Shown here one piece after another: positions 1 to 13,370 of a stretch of 64,000 nucleotides of DNA. Below the pieces are notes generated by a model. The model did no database searches, had not been told where the DNA came from, and saw only the letters and a program-made list of their open reading frames with translations. Numbering within the stretch: the stretch's first letter is position 1; the number at the start of each line of letters is the position of its first letter. This DNA is from the human T2T-CHM13v2.0 reference genome, Homo sapiens. A program made the translations under genes and the position numbers. Location: NCBI RefSeq assembly GCF_009914755.1, contig NC_060926.1. One strand, given 5' to 3'.

Positions 1-759
1 ACAAGTATATATTTGGCTAAGGTCTCTGAAAGAGGGATGAGTAGATTGAGATCAAAGAATAAGCAAAATAAGATATATTCTGTAAATGAAACTGTAATAA
101 CTTTTATTCACTATATGAATGCTATTTACCTCCCCGACAACATATAGAATATCTTCTTCAGAGAATAAATTGCTTCTAAGCCATCGTAGAAATTTTCCGT
201 TTTTTTTTCAAAACTTCAGATTACAAAATATTTCTATTTACATAATATGGTTTTTGATGAATTGCTGAAATTTCTCACTTCAACTTTTTGGGTTGTTTAA
301 TATTAAGTGTAAGAAACTACTTAGGAAATTTAAACGTTATTTACTACATGATAAGAAAAAGATATAGTTCGATGTATTTCAAAATTTTTATTTCATAGAT
401 AATGTATCATCATAGATGTATCATATCACCACCCTTAAGCTTTGCACCTGGGTTGGCTGAAATCTGAAATCCCAAGTCTAATTTAATATAAGTTTTTATT
501 TTAGTCTTCTCAGGCACAGTCTTGAATCATTAAGTTGTCTTCATTTGCATTAGCAATAGTTATGAATCCAATTTCGCACCATGAGTGACTTTTAACTTCA
601 TCCTTACTGATATAAATATCACAGTGTACTAGGGATGGAAGAGAAGCCTGCAGTAGAATCAAATACAGGAGAAAACAACCTATAATGCCCCTGGGTATTT
701 GCAAACTTGGAGTATTTGAGAAGAAATAAATTGTTTTAGTGCATCTTCTCCAGCTTTCT

Positions 760-875
760 TGATAAAAAAAAAACTGGCAAATTGAGGCACACAAAGGATA
801 AGTGAGTTGGCTGATAAGGCAAAGCTAATTTGTTCAGAGCTGGGACAAGCCCCTAGTCCCCTGAATTCCAGTGTT
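760..875 (-). mobile_element. MIR SINE fragment
   Basis: Reverse MIR core: 'aaattgaggcacacaaaggataagtgagttgg...agagctgggacaagcccc'. Confidence 0.6.
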
Positions 876-999
876 TCAGGATTCTTTTCTGATGTTTAAC
901 TACCTGCCTAGATGTAACATATTCCAATATTTGAATTTAAATAACGTCGTATTATTGACACTCTTAATTCTAGACAATATTTTAGGGTGAAGTGTGTAA

Positions 1000-1240
1000 G
1001 TTCTGGAGAAATATGATATATTTCAAATCCTGACTATTGTTTCCTAATTGTATGACTCTGGCAAGTTACTTAACCTCTCTAGATGTCTATTTCTTCCATT
1101 GGCAAAAATAGGACTCCTAATTATTAATGTTATATCTACCACAAAATCCATCATAGGGCTCAAATAGGGTAATCCCTCTAAAGCACTTATATTAGCACTC
1201 AACACGTATTGCTCAAGATGAACGTTGCTGATTATTATTT
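1000..1240 (+). mobile_element. MIR SINE
   Basis: 'ttcaaatcctgact...tgactctggcaagttacttaacctctct...aaagcactta...gctcaa...attattatt' matches MIR core and tail. Confidence 0.8.
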
Positions 1241-2069
1241 TCATCACAGTCTCAAACTTTGCTATTAAGTGTTACTGTTCCTTATCACATATTATTTTGA
1301 ACTATATTTACTTTATCTCATATATAATGCTTTCTGATGGATAATCCGACCCATTCTGGAAATTAGCATATACCCCAGTCAGATGGATGCTTAAGGGTTG
1401 AGGTGTCTTCCTTTGAAAATTATAATTTAATATAAGTTGTTTCATATACATTATTAAGAGAGACATTTAGCCTACTTTAATTATTCTGCAAATACTTATT
1501 AGCTTGCCTTTCAGTGAAAGAGACTATCATTTGCATATATAACAATCTGAAATAAAATTATAGGATATACGTGCACCACACCTGCATTTGGAAGCATGGT
1601 ATATATGTGTAATGAATTGTATATCTTTGGAAGCCTGTCACTTAGCTTAATTTAGTTTTTCCAATTTTTAAATATTTTTCATTAATTAGTTGTGATTTCT
1701 GTATACATTATACCTCTTTTGTAACTGTGGGAATGTCTAAGTATATTTCTGAAATTTATATTTTAACAATTTGGCTCATAATTACACTTGTCTTTGCCAA
1801 GTACTGTGGTAGATGCTAGAGATAAAATTAAGGAGAAATGATTCCTCAAAATGCTTATACACCTCCTAGTTTATTTATATTGTGTTAGAGAACAAATGCT
1901 TATATTTTGAAATGTTAAAAAGGCACAGCATAAGGAAAGAGATAATCAAAATTGATAATCTGAATGGTTTGGGATTTTGTGTTTTCTATCTGGTAAAGTT
2001 GACCTCATTTACGTGCGAATTCCTATATTTTGCACATGAAACTGAAGGTAGAGAGTCAGAATAAAGAGG

Positions 2070-2305
2070 TAACATGGTTATCCATCTGGTTTCTGCAGTC
2101 AGACTTATCTGGGTTCATTCAATCCTTATTCATCATGCATTTGGACAAACTAGGCAAATTAGCTAACTCATTCAAATCTTACTGCTGACATAATAAGAGT
2201 ACGCAACGAATTGTTATATGGATTAAATAAAAAGTGATAATTCATTAAAAGGTTTCAGTCCAGTATCTGGCATATGGTAGGTACCCAATAAACATTAATT
2301 ATAAT
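2070..2305 (+). mobile_element. MIR SINE
   Basis: 'gtcagacttatctgggttca...ggattaaat...tctggcatatggtaggtacccaataaacatta'. Confidence 0.7.
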
Positions 2306-3499
2306 TTCATGGGTATGAAATTTTGGCATAGATATCCATCACCAATTAAAGATACAGTGTTTCTTTCATACCTTAATTTTTGTTCCTTTGTGTACTCCTC
2401 TAATCCCTAGTAAAAAAAGACTAGACGGTCTTATAAAAATAAGAATCTTTTAAGTGGCCTCCCACAAAACTTATTACATTCTTGACAAATACTTCCTTTT
2501 CAGGATTGACATAAATTCATGAAAATTACCCTAAACAACTGGATAGTACACAATAAAACAGTGACCTTTTGAGCTTACATTCTTAATTCCTAATTACAAA
2601 AATTCTCTTGTTTCTAAGAATAAAGTCAATGCAGTTATTGTTTTTTATAATATGGTTGTTAATTTTATAAAATATTTTCCAAATTCTCTTACGGTATATA
2701 ATAAAAGGAACTGTGTCTATTTTTGTAAGTTCGAAGTCAGATAGGGCTTTTTGCCAGTGACACAAAATAGAATGCCATTATGTTTAACAACACGCAGCCC
2801 ATTATTCAAGGAAGAGCATAAAGGATCAAAAACCCTACTGGATTAGAAATGCTGAATATCATCCTCTAAATATTGACTGCTCAAAATCTGATTTAAAACC
2901 ATACTATCTAAGCCTGACAATGGTGAGCTGGCTCAAGAATTAACTAAATAATGTGCCATGGGAAGGAAGTAATGTTCTGTCTGTCCAAAAATTCCTTCTC
3001 TAACGTTAACAAAGCAATATAAAGCTCATGCCATGAGAGAAAACAATTTTGATTATTATTTATTAATTTGATATGCGTTCAGTTGTCCAACATGGTAAAC
3101 TCATTTTCACTCTTGCCCTTTGAAATATGAGGGTTTAATGAAAGCATCCACATAATTCTAAATTACATGATGATAAAAACATTTTTCTTCTTAGCCAACA
3201 GTGTGTTCTTTGATTTAGAAACAGTGGACCGTTAAGACTGGAGTAGATAAAGTGGATTAGGTCAAGGAAGGGGATGGAAAGGAAACATGAATTGAACAAC
3301 AAAGTAATGTAATGTATCCTTTTAAAATTATCTTGAAAAAATAAATGTAATTTTGAATATTTATCACAGGTATGGATTTTATTTTTATTATATTTCAAAG
3401 AGATACTTAGTAGTAATAACTGGATATCCAAAGCCGCCTTTTATATCTACTTTTTTTTTTTTTTGGTTTTGTAAATGTATCCTGCAGACTTTTTCTTTT

Positions 3500-3741
3500 T
3501 ACAGGTTTGCCACATGGGTATATTACCTAAGGCTGCAGTTTAGGCTTCTAATACACCCGTCACCCAAGTTGTGAACATAGTACCCGGTAAGTACTTTATC
3601 AATTCTTCCTCCCTCCCACCTTTTGGAATACCCAGTGTTTATTGTTCTCATCTTTTTGTCTGTGTGTACACAATGTTCAGTTTCCATTTCTAAGTAAGAA
3701 GGTGTGGTATTTGATTTTCTGCTTCTGCATTAATTTGCTTA
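3500..3741 (-). mobile_element. L1PA15/16-like 3' UTR fragment
   Basis: 'caggtttgccacatgggtatatt...cacccaagttgtgaacatagtaccc...gtggtatttgattttctgcttctgcattaatttgctta'; T tract at 3451-3464. Confidence 0.8.
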
Positions 3742-3779
3742 TGTAGAATAGTTGAATTATTCAATGATATAAAAATATT

Positions 3780-4560
3780 AATATTAAAATTATACATAGA
3801 GAGGAAAGGTCTAAAATTAAGAATCAAAATCTCCACATTAATAAGATAGAAATGGAAGAAAAAATATATTTAAATTAGGCATAAAAAGGAAATAATAAAG
3901 ATAAGAGAACTAGAAAAAATGGCAAATAAAGAAAAATAATAAAGCTAAAAGTCAAGTTGTGAAAAAGTTTAATAAAATTAATTATCTCTTCCCTAGACTG
4001 ATCAAGAAAAGGGAGAAGTACATGCAAATATCCAATGTAATATATGAAAGATAAGAGTACTTCCCAACTCTTGAGACTAATTTTCATAGACAACCTGATA
4101 AAAGTGTTATGAGAGAAGGAAAGGGTAAAGTGATACTTTTCAGAAACACAGATATGCAAATTCTGAATCCAATAATAGCAGATTAAATCAATAAATATTT
4201 TAAAAATATGATACTTTATGATCATAAGGATTTATCCCAGGGATTCAAAGGTAAACATTTGAAAATTAATACATAAAATACATGATGTTAACAGAAAATT
4301 GACAAAAAGTGTATGATCATCTAAAAACATGCAGAAAAAGATTTTGACAAAATCCAAAAGCCATTCAAGATTTAAAACTTTCAGCAAATCACAGACAGAA
4401 AAGCAGTTCTACAATGAAACCAAAACTCAAGGAAAACTTATAGCTAATGTGATAGCTATAGCGTAGCTATATAATAGCATTAATTGTAGTACTGAATGCA
4501 TTCTTTCACAATCAGAAGAAAGGCAAATGTATCCATCACACCATTTTCATTCAAATAATA
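3780..4560 (+). mobile_element. Old L1M (L1ME-like) ORF2 fragment
   Basis: A-rich, with 'gatttatcccagggattcaa', 'atgatcatc...atgcagaaaaagattttgacaaaatccaa' typical of the L1 RT region; heavily decayed. Confidence 0.75.
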
Positions 4561-5668
4561 TTAATTTCTCAATCTGTCTTTGAACTGTGTTACCTGGAAA
4601 CAACATTTGGGGAGAGGCTCAGGGACTCTAGGTGGAGAAAGATGTGAAGAGGCTGAGTGTGTGAGCTCCAGGAAACACTTCCAAAATTTGATCAGAGAGA
4701 TCTTGCCTCTATCTGTTTTATATATTGGATGCTATTTAATAATTAGTTTTAAACAGAAAAGTTTTAATTAAAAAATGTTGGAATTTTGTTGCTAGGAATA
4801 CTCTCTTAAATATCTCAAATTCTGAGATTTTGTGTTAGAGATAATGATCACTAAGTAGAACCTGTAGGAAGTGACAAGTTTCTGACAATAATCTATATGG
4901 AAATTTTATTTTGTATTTTCTAAAAATATTTAGTTATTACCTCTGTAACAAGAAAAAGTACTTATTTAAAAATGTAGTATTTCTGAAATTTGGAGGCATT
5001 TTGCCTGCCACAAGTGAGGTCACTTGTGATACACTTGTTTTTATGTAAACTAGGCAAACATAGTGACAGATAAAATACATATTCATCTGACAGTCACCAC
5101 ACTTATTTACATTGATAGCACCGCATGAGATTAAATCTGATTTCAATTTGGATACCAAATTTGTAGTTCAGATGCCTGCAAATATTATAGCAGTGAGGTA
5201 AAAAATGGCTGTATACTATACCTATTTATTTTCACATGACAGAAAATGAAAATACAACTAAATTTCTTGAAATAGTTCATAAGATGTTCTTAGCTATGTA
5301 GTCTACAATGGATAACTCAATCATTCCAAAGTCAAGAACAGATCAAGTCCTTTTTCTGTCAAAAGTTACCTGTTGACCTTTAAGAGAAGCCATTATACTT
5401 CTGGAAACATACAATTTAATAAAAGGGGAAAAAGTTTGTTAATTCAACCAAATTCAAAATTCTGATAAAACATTGACATTCTTCAATATAACTCAAAATT
5501 ACAAAGATAATTCTAAATATGATAAAAGGATCAAGATTACAAAAACAAAAAATACAAAATAGGCCACTGTGATATTCAAAAGTAATTCAGAACACACTTT
5601 AGCTTTTGAAAGTTCAGAAGGCTCAGTTACAGACTTCTACCTGAGTCTGCAAAAGTAGGAGATATAAC

Positions 5669-7371
5669 TGTGGCAACCATGAAGACACTCCTCTCCTATC
5701 TCAGATCTCCACTGCAGGAAGCATAACTGACCAATGACCCGTGGTCCCACATGCTACAGTTTGAGATCCATCATTGAATGTGCACAGAGGCCACAGTTCC
5801 CAGGTACCCTCTCAACCAATGATGGTGTAAGGCAGAGACCAAATCCAGGCACTTTTCTCCCAGGCCACTTTGACTTGAAGACCCATCATTGGTTTTGCTG
5901 AAACTTTCTTTATTAGTAGTAGTAGTAGTATACTTTAAGTTCTGGGATGCATGTACACAATATGCAGGTTTGTTACATAGGTATACATGTGCCATGGTGG
6001 TTTGCTGCATCCATCAACTCATCTGCATTAGGTATTTCTCCTAATGCTATCCCTTCCCTAGACCCCACCCCTCAACAGGCCCCAGTGTATGATGTTCCCC
6101 TCCCTGTGTCCATGTTTTCTCATTATTCAACTCCCACTTATGAGTGAGAACATGCGGTGTTTGGTTTCCTGTTCCTGTGTTAGTTTGCTGAGAATGATGG
6201 TTTCCAGCTTCATCCATGTCCCTGCAAAGGACATGAACTCATCTTTCTTTTTTTGGCTGCATAGTATTCCATGGTGTATCTGTGCCACATTTTCATTTTC
6301 TTTATCTGGTCTATTATTGATGGGCATTTGGGTTGGTTCCAAGTCTTTGCTATCGTGAACAGTGCTGCAATAAACATATGTGTGCACCTGTCTTTATAGC
6401 AGAATGATTTATAATCTCTTGGGTATATATTCAGTAATGAGATTGCTGGGTCAAATGGTATTTCTGGTTGTAGATCCTTGAGGAATCGCTACACTGTCTT
6501 CCACGATGGCTGAACTAATTTACACTCCCACTAACATTGTAAAAGTATTCCTATTTCTCCACGTCCTCTCCAGCATCTATCGTTTCCTGACTTTTTAATG
6601 ATCACCATTCTAACTGATGTGAGATGGTATCTCATTGTGGTTTTGATTTGCATTTCTCTAATGACCAGTGATGATGAGCTTTTTTTCATGTTTGTTGGCC
6701 ACATAAATGTCTTCCTTTGAGAAGTGTCTGTTCATATCCTTTGCCCACTTTTTGATGGGTTTGTTTGTTTCTTGTAAATTTTTTTATGTTCCTTGTAGAT
6801 TCTGGATATTAGCCCTTTGTCAGATGGATAGATTGCAAAAAATTTCTCCCATTCTGTAGGTTGCCTGTTCACTCTGATGATAGTTTCTTTTGCTGGGCAG
6901 AAGCTCTTTAGTTTAACTAGATCCCATTTGTCAATTTTGGCTTTTGTTACCATTGCTTTTGGTGTTTTAACCATGAAACCTTTGCCCATGCCTATGTCCT
7001 GAATGGTATTGCCTAGATTTTCTTCCAGGGTTTTTATGGTTTTAGGTCTTACGTTTAAGTTCTTAATCCATCTTGAGTTAATTTTTTGTATAAGGTGTAG
7101 TTTCAGTTTTCTGTAGGTCCAGTTTCAGTTTTCTGCATATGGCTAGCCAGTTTTCCCAACACCATTTATTAAATAGGGAATACTTTCCTTTCCTCCTAAA
7201 CTTTCTTTTCTTCTCTCCTCCACGAGGATTGAACCTACTTTGTGTTCTGAAAACTCTCCTCTCCTTTTCTGTCCCCAATAACATTTTTCTTCACAATTGT
7301 TTTCCCAGTAAATCTCTTATGTGTTTAATCCCTACAGCAGATCTGCTTCTCAAATAATCCAAATTAAGATA
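5669..7371 (+). mobile_element. LTR16-like ERVL solo LTR, split by an L1PA (halves 5669-5900 and 7209-7371)
   Basis: Starts 'tgtggcaaccat...ctcagatctcc', ends 'cccagtaaatctctt...tctgcttctcaaataatccaaattaagata'; degenerate 5-bp TSD ataac (5664-5668)/gtaac (7372-7376). Confidence 0.65.
5912..7190 (-). mobile_element. 5'-truncated L1PA7-like element
   Basis: L1 3' UTR plus ORF2 C-terminal peptides (6732..6989 [16 protein letters not shown]; 6127..6387); TSD aaactttcttt 5901-5911/7198-7208; tail partly converted to (TAG)n on the + strand. Confidence 0.95.
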
Positions 7372-8169
7372 GTAACCTAAAATTCTGTTGGCAAAAGTTT
7401 CCTTTTGCTTGTAAGTCAGTTAAAAATGCAATATATAAATAATTTCCAGAAAAACCTGTAACTACATTAGTATATATCTTATAACTTATAGCATCTTAGA
7501 ACTGAGAAGTTACAGTAATGGTTGTAGTTTGTTGAAAATTTGTTGAATGTTATTTTGTCCTTTGAAATTTTTGTGATGTGAGCATAAGCCCTGTAACCCA
7601 TTTTGTGTGAAGTCAAATGTGTTGCTCATGATTTCTCCAAAGTGCCTTGGGCTTACATTTGAATGACCATTGCTAGCTCTCAATTACCGCTTCCTCTGCA
7701 TTCTTGATTTCATTTTTATCTCTTCTTGCATGAAAGAATTTTCTCATGTCTTCTTTTGAAATATAGGACTCAGCTACTTTGACTTACTTTGAAAATGCTC
7801 ATGGACACACACACACACTCCCACACACAGACCCATAAAGCACTTATATATGTATAATAGAGTTTACAAAAGGTTCAAGAAATCAGAGAGAGAGATTATA
7901 AAGAATTAGAATTTACCTGAATATTAGATAAATCTATTTTAAAAGTCTTTGGTCAACCAGAAACCAGGTTTTTACTAATCTACTTTGTCTTTAGGTTCTA
8001 TCCTTCTGCTATGATGCCCACATTTGTTTGTTTGTGTGTCTCTTTCTCCATCTTCCTCCTCTCCTTTCCCTAGTTTCCTCCTACCCTCAAATTTGTATTT
8101 ATTTCTTAGATACTTAAGCCATTTCTTTACTGACTCTTGCCAATTCATACATTCAGATCTCTCTCTTCT

Positions 8170-9120
8170 AGAATAGTCAGCAATTCATACAGTAATGCTA
8201 TCTAATAACCTCAAATTTGTAATAAATCATAACAACAAGATATATATTTCTCATTCATAGGTCTCTGGGTTATAGTTCAGTTCATCTTATATGGGTTTGC
8301 CTGGGCTTACTTATACTACAGATTGTGATTCTTAGCAGCAGCTATAAAGGGCAGGTTCTTTCCTTAGTGGATAGTGGAGAATCAAGAGGTTAATAAATAC
8401 CATTTTACCCAGCAATCCCATTACTGGGTATATACCCAAAGGATTATAAATCATTCTACTATAAAGATACATGCACTCTTATGTTTATCGCAGCACTGTT
8501 CACAAGAGCAAAGACTTGGAACCAACCCAAATGCCCATCAATGATAGACTGGATAAAGAAAATATGGCACATATACACCATGGAATACTATGCAGCCATA
8601 AAAAATGAGTTCATATCCTTTGCAGGGATGTGGATAAAGCTGGAAACCATCATTCTCAGCAAACTAACACAGGAACAGAAAAACCAAACACCACATATTC
8701 TCACTCATAAGTGGGAGTTGAACAATGAGAACACATGGACACAGGGAGGGGAACATCACACACCGGGGCCTGTTGAGGGGTGTGGGGATAGGGGAGGGAT
8801 AGCATTAGGAGAAATACCTAATGTAGATAACAAGTTGATGGATGCAGCAAACCACCATGGCACGTGTATACCTATGTAACAAACCTGCACGTTCTGCACA
8901 TGTTTCCCAGAACTTAAAGTATGATATAATAAAAAAAGTAAGTGAATATAAAGCCTTGCTTTGTGTCATATTTGCTAATATTCATTTGGCTGAAGCAGCT
9001 TATAAGACCAAGCCAAACCAAAATCAACAATGTAGGTAAATATTTTTTACCTATAATGGGAGGTACTGTAGTCACATGGCAAAGTATACTTATGTATAAT
9101 TCCTTAGAAGGGAGGAACAA
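8170..9120 (-). mobile_element. MLT1 (J/K/L-like) MaLR LTR interrupted by an L1PA
   Basis: 'aacaacaagatatatatttctcattcat...' and 'tttgctaatattcatttggctgaagcag...gtcacatggcaaag' on either side of the L1. Confidence 0.55.
8395..8938 (+). mobile_element. 5'-truncated L1PA7/8-like element
   Basis: ORF 8481..8879 [20 protein letters not shown] is the L1 ORF2 C-terminus; full 3' UTR and A tail. Confidence 0.95.
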
Positions 9121-9172
9121 TGAGTATACAAAGTATACTTGTGTATATTTCCTTAGAAAGGAGGAACAATGA
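9080..9172. repeat. Tandem duplication, 2 x 44 bp, period 49
   Basis: caaagtatacttatgtataattccttagaagggaggaacaatga (9080-9123) vs caaagtatacttgtgtatatttccttagaaaggaggaacaatga (9129-9172), 3 mismatches. Confidence 0.9.
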
Positions 9173-9299
9173 CAAAAAATTGTGAAAAATTCTTCCAAGT
9201 AAGTATTATTACATGAGTCAATATTCCAAAATACATAAAGAAAACTAATGTTAAAATGGATAGAAAATGAAATCAACAGTTGCTAGATAAGTTCACTCC

Positions 9300-9880
9300 A
9301 AATAAAATAAAAATGATTAAATAATCTGAAAAAAATTGATTGTATAATAAATATATTTATAACTCTTAAAAAGATAAGTAAAAGCCATATGCAGAGAATA
9401 AAAGTTTCAAGAACAAGTAGAATTAACACCTGTAGAAGCAAGTAGGAGCCCTGGAAATGGAAACTAGAATCATTGAAAGTAACAACGACACTAATTAATC
9501 AACTCAGAGATAGTATTGAGGAATTCTCCCAGGACACAGCATAGAGAGATGCAAGGGTAAAATACATCATAAAACAGTCTGAGAAATGGAGCATAGGTTT
9601 GGAAGTGTCAGTATAAGTCTATGAGGAGTTCCAGAAGAAAATAGCAAAGAGCAGAACAATTTTTGGAGAATGGGTGGGATATTTTACAGAATTAAAGACA
9701 TGTAACCTCAGTTTGAAAGTGATAATTGAAAGTACAAAGCAAGATATAAATGATAAAGAAGTAAATACCCATAGCTAAATGCTTCGTGAATGAAAACATT
9801 AGAGATGATGAGAGAAAACAATTACCAACAAAAGAACTGTCGATCCGGACTCTGACATCCAATTAATCTACCATCCAAAC
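9300..9880 (+). mobile_element. Ancient L1M/HAL1-like ORF1 remnant
   Basis: 'gaggaattctcccagga...agagagat...ggagttccagaagaaaa...ttttacagaattaaagacatg' resembles decayed ORF1. Confidence 0.5.
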
Positions 9881-9889
9881 ATGAAGATA

Positions 9890-10118
9890 ATATAAATAGA
9901 TACACAAAGATAAAGTTGGGAACAATAGACACCGAGGACTATTACTGGAGAGAGAGAGACAGGCAGCATGGTTTGAAAAACTACCTATTGGATACAATCA
10001 ATGCTCACTACCTGGGTGACAGAATCCATACCCCAAACCTCAGAATCACATAAAATACCCATGTAATGAACCTGCACATGGATTCTCTGAACCTAAAATA
10101 AAAGTTGAAGAAAAAAAA
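9890..10118 (+). mobile_element. L1PA16/L1PB-like 3' end
   Basis: 'gggaacaatagacac...gaaaaactacctattgg...atgctcactacctgggtgac...cctgcacatg...ctaaaataaaagttgaa' plus A tail. Confidence 0.85.
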
Positions 10119-12099
10119 GATGAAGAGAATTTTATGATCCATAGCCCACACTGTAAGAACTTTTATAGAAATAAGCAATTTCATATCATTTGTCAAATTA
10201 AAAGTGATTTGCCATTTGCTATTTTATTCAAATTCTCAACAATCAGAACCAGTGTTATTTATATAATCTTCAACAAAGTAAAATTGAAGTTGCAGGAATG
10301 ACAGGTAACATGCTCAAATTCATACAATAGTACCAGACTCTAACACAGAGTTTCTTAAATTAATCCTCACTCTATTTCTAATACATAAATAATTACCCAC
10401 TTACAGAACATTTGGTCCCCCAGATAAAAGGAGTGATTCTAGAATTATAATACAAACCAGGGATTTTGATGCTAAGCATAAGTTCTGCAAATATAAGTTA
10501 CTGTACATCACATACAATCAGATAAAAATCAGCATCTAACCTTTTTCCTGGTATGTTTATGTAGAGAACACTAAAAGAATCTTCTGATTTTATGAGAATT
10601 ATTTTCTGAGGATTTGGCATGGCTGTGTGTAGAGTCTGTGTGCAACTATTATTGTATTTACTTATTGTCATTTATTTTGTTTACTTCATTAATGGAGTCA
10701 ACTATCAATGGACAGCTGCAATGATTATTGGAAAGTCTCTTGTTTTCCTTGCTGGCACAGTAGAGGCATCTTTCAATTCACATCTTACCCTTGACTAACT
10801 GATAAAAAAGGATTTACCTATCATTTAAAACAAATAAATAGAAACCAGAGAATTTGTTTTCTTAGGACCATAATACTGTAGATGTCTCAGTCTTTTCAGA
10901 AGACAGAATGGAAACTCATTTTCTGAGTTTTGCATAAGGTCATACTACATTTATCTTTCAGGTATTTATTTTCCGGGCAATAATAGAGTTACATAATTGG
11001 CCCCATGCTTTAAAATAATCAATTACTCTGACCTCATGCGAAGCATATGGAATATGGTTAGTGGATGCCAGTCATTGCTACCATAAAATATAATAACTCT
11101 ATTCCCCAAAGCACAAGAGAATTAACCACTGGTTGTTTTGGGGTGTGGCATAAACTATTCACTAATATTTTTGGCCTTGACTACACCTCTGAGACAGGTG
11201 CACTAAAATCTAAACCATTCCCATAGCTGGTACGTGTTACTCAGACTACATGTAGTAACTGAGAACTGTGTCATCATGGGGAGGAAAACTAATTATTTCC
11301 AGTACCCTCACCCAAGTTTAAGAGTGTGCAAAAACATACCTGCTAGATTTTAATAGGGCTGGTGTTTTCAAAGCTCTCTGTGGTTATGTGATCATGTCTA
11401 TAAAAGAATATAAAATTTATTGAAGTTGGTAAAGTTACAAACCTACAAAATGAAAGGAATGAGATTCAATGACTTAACATTGACATATTTCAGAAGCAGT
11501 TTCCAACCAATGAAAATGGAATTTGTGATTTTAAAACTTTAATACACATTTGGGAAGAAGACTGAATATAATTTATATCCTTCCACTGCTGGTTATTATG
11601 GAACCTACAGGGCAGGACTGTGGAAGTGGGTATGTCTAGAATAAGAAGAAAAATACTGATAGAATCCAGGTGTGAGTATAGATTTAGAGCCAGATAACTC
11701 TTAAATTCCTAATTAGTGGCCAAGGAGTCAGACAGCCAGGAAGATTGTGGCAAAGTAAAGAATATTGAAATCAACTCTAGAAATAGTAACTAAGCAGTCT
11801 TGTTCATGGAAGAGGTCTTATGTGTTCTACAGAGTATGACTCATGGGCAGGCCACAAGGTGAAATAATCAAAACAATAAAAGCAATAGCTAACAGATAAT
11901 GACTTTTCCTATGTACTAGATACATATCTCATTTACTATTCTAAACTGATGATTAGGAGGCTATATTTAAATCCCTTTTAACTCATGCCCTTTCAACCTC
12001 ACCATGCCTCACTCCACCTACTGAGTCTGGTCTCATCTCCCCTACATGCCCATTCTCCTCTGTTTCTATGAAGATCTGCTTTTTGTATACTATAATTTG

Positions 12100-12214
12100 T
12101 GTTTTTTGTTTGTGTGTGTGTTTGTTTGAGACAGGGTCTCACTCTGTCACCCAGGATTGAGTGCAGTGGTGGGATCTCTATCTCGGCTCACTGCAGCCTC
12201 TGCCTCAGGGGCTC
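12100..12214 (-). mobile_element. Alu/FLAM 3' fragment
   Basis: 'gagacagggtctcactctgtcacccagg...gtgcagtggtgggatc...gctcactgcagcctc'. Confidence 0.85.
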
Positions 12215-12599
12215 GATTTGTTATTTTGCTATCCATCTCTATAACATCTAATGCATGTTTCTTTATTCTATCAAACAACACACTTCCCTCTAAGTTTGAA
12301 CAACAAGTCAAATACATGAAACTTTACTGACTTGCTCCATCTAGCTTTAAATTAGGGGGCAAGATGTCCTTTTAAGTGTTGATCATCAAGTAATTTATTC
12401 TGAATATATAAACCCACAAATTTCAGGGCCTTTATTTTAAATAATATCCTCTTCGTAGATATGCATTATTTATTTACTCTGCTATCAGTCACTAAGTGTA
12501 CTCTACGTTCTTTGTTGAGTTTAGTAAATATCAGTAATTTTAACATTATTTCTTAAAATAGTGTTACTTTCCAAATTAAGTGTTAAAGCTGGAACTTCT

Positions 12600-12990
12600 T
12601 AGAAAGATGCACACCACCCTTTCATGGCCTTTCTCTGCAACTTCATCTCCCAGTAACCTTGCCTTACAAACTATGTTTTAGCCAAATAATTCCCCAATGA
12701 CAATTGGCTGTTCCATGACACTATGTGTTGCTCATATGTTGTCGTCTTGCTTTTTCACTTTACTAATGACTGATTCTTTCAGACACGCTCAGAGTTGTGT
12801 TGATTATCTCTCTTCTGCGGACTCCTTAAGCATAGTATTTGCATATACACACACAATATCTTAGTAAAATTACCTATTTTTGTGTCAGTTTCCTCCAGAG
12901 TCATTCTAGCTCTCCAAAGTGAGACACAGATTCTTATGCAACCCTCTATTTCTAGTGCTTGTTCAGTGTCCATGACATGGCACACTCTAA
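12600..12990 (+). mobile_element. L2 LINE 3' fragment
   Basis: Pyrimidine-rich body ending 'ctctatttctagtgcttgttcagtgtccatgacatggca'. Confidence 0.5.
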
Positions 12991-13099
12991 ACTAAATAGA
13001 GCTCATGTCTCCTATCTCCCTATTACCTCACATTTACTCGTATGATGCAATGAAGATGCACACTGATAGTTTTTTATTTTTAATTTTAGACTATTTCAA

Positions 13100-13370
13100 T
13101 CTGTTTCAATTATGTTGTTTTCACGTGCAAGTAACAGAAAGTTCAATTAAATCTTTAAAGAAAGGTCTGTGCCAGTTCATATGAAACTACAAATGCAGAA
13201 ATAGGTTTTGAAGAATTACTTAATCAGAGTTCCAGCTCAATTTCTAAGTGATTCTGTTCTTTGGCCATAAGTTACTATTCACAAGGTGGGTAAGATGACT
13301 ACAGCAATTCTAGATATCACCCATACATATTACACTGCTCAGGAAAACAGAGAGAAATGGCATGTCTTCT
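13100..13370 (-). mobile_element. MLT1J-like LTR fragment
   Basis: 'gtgcaagtaacagaaagttcaatt...aagatgactacagcaattctag'. Confidence 0.45.
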
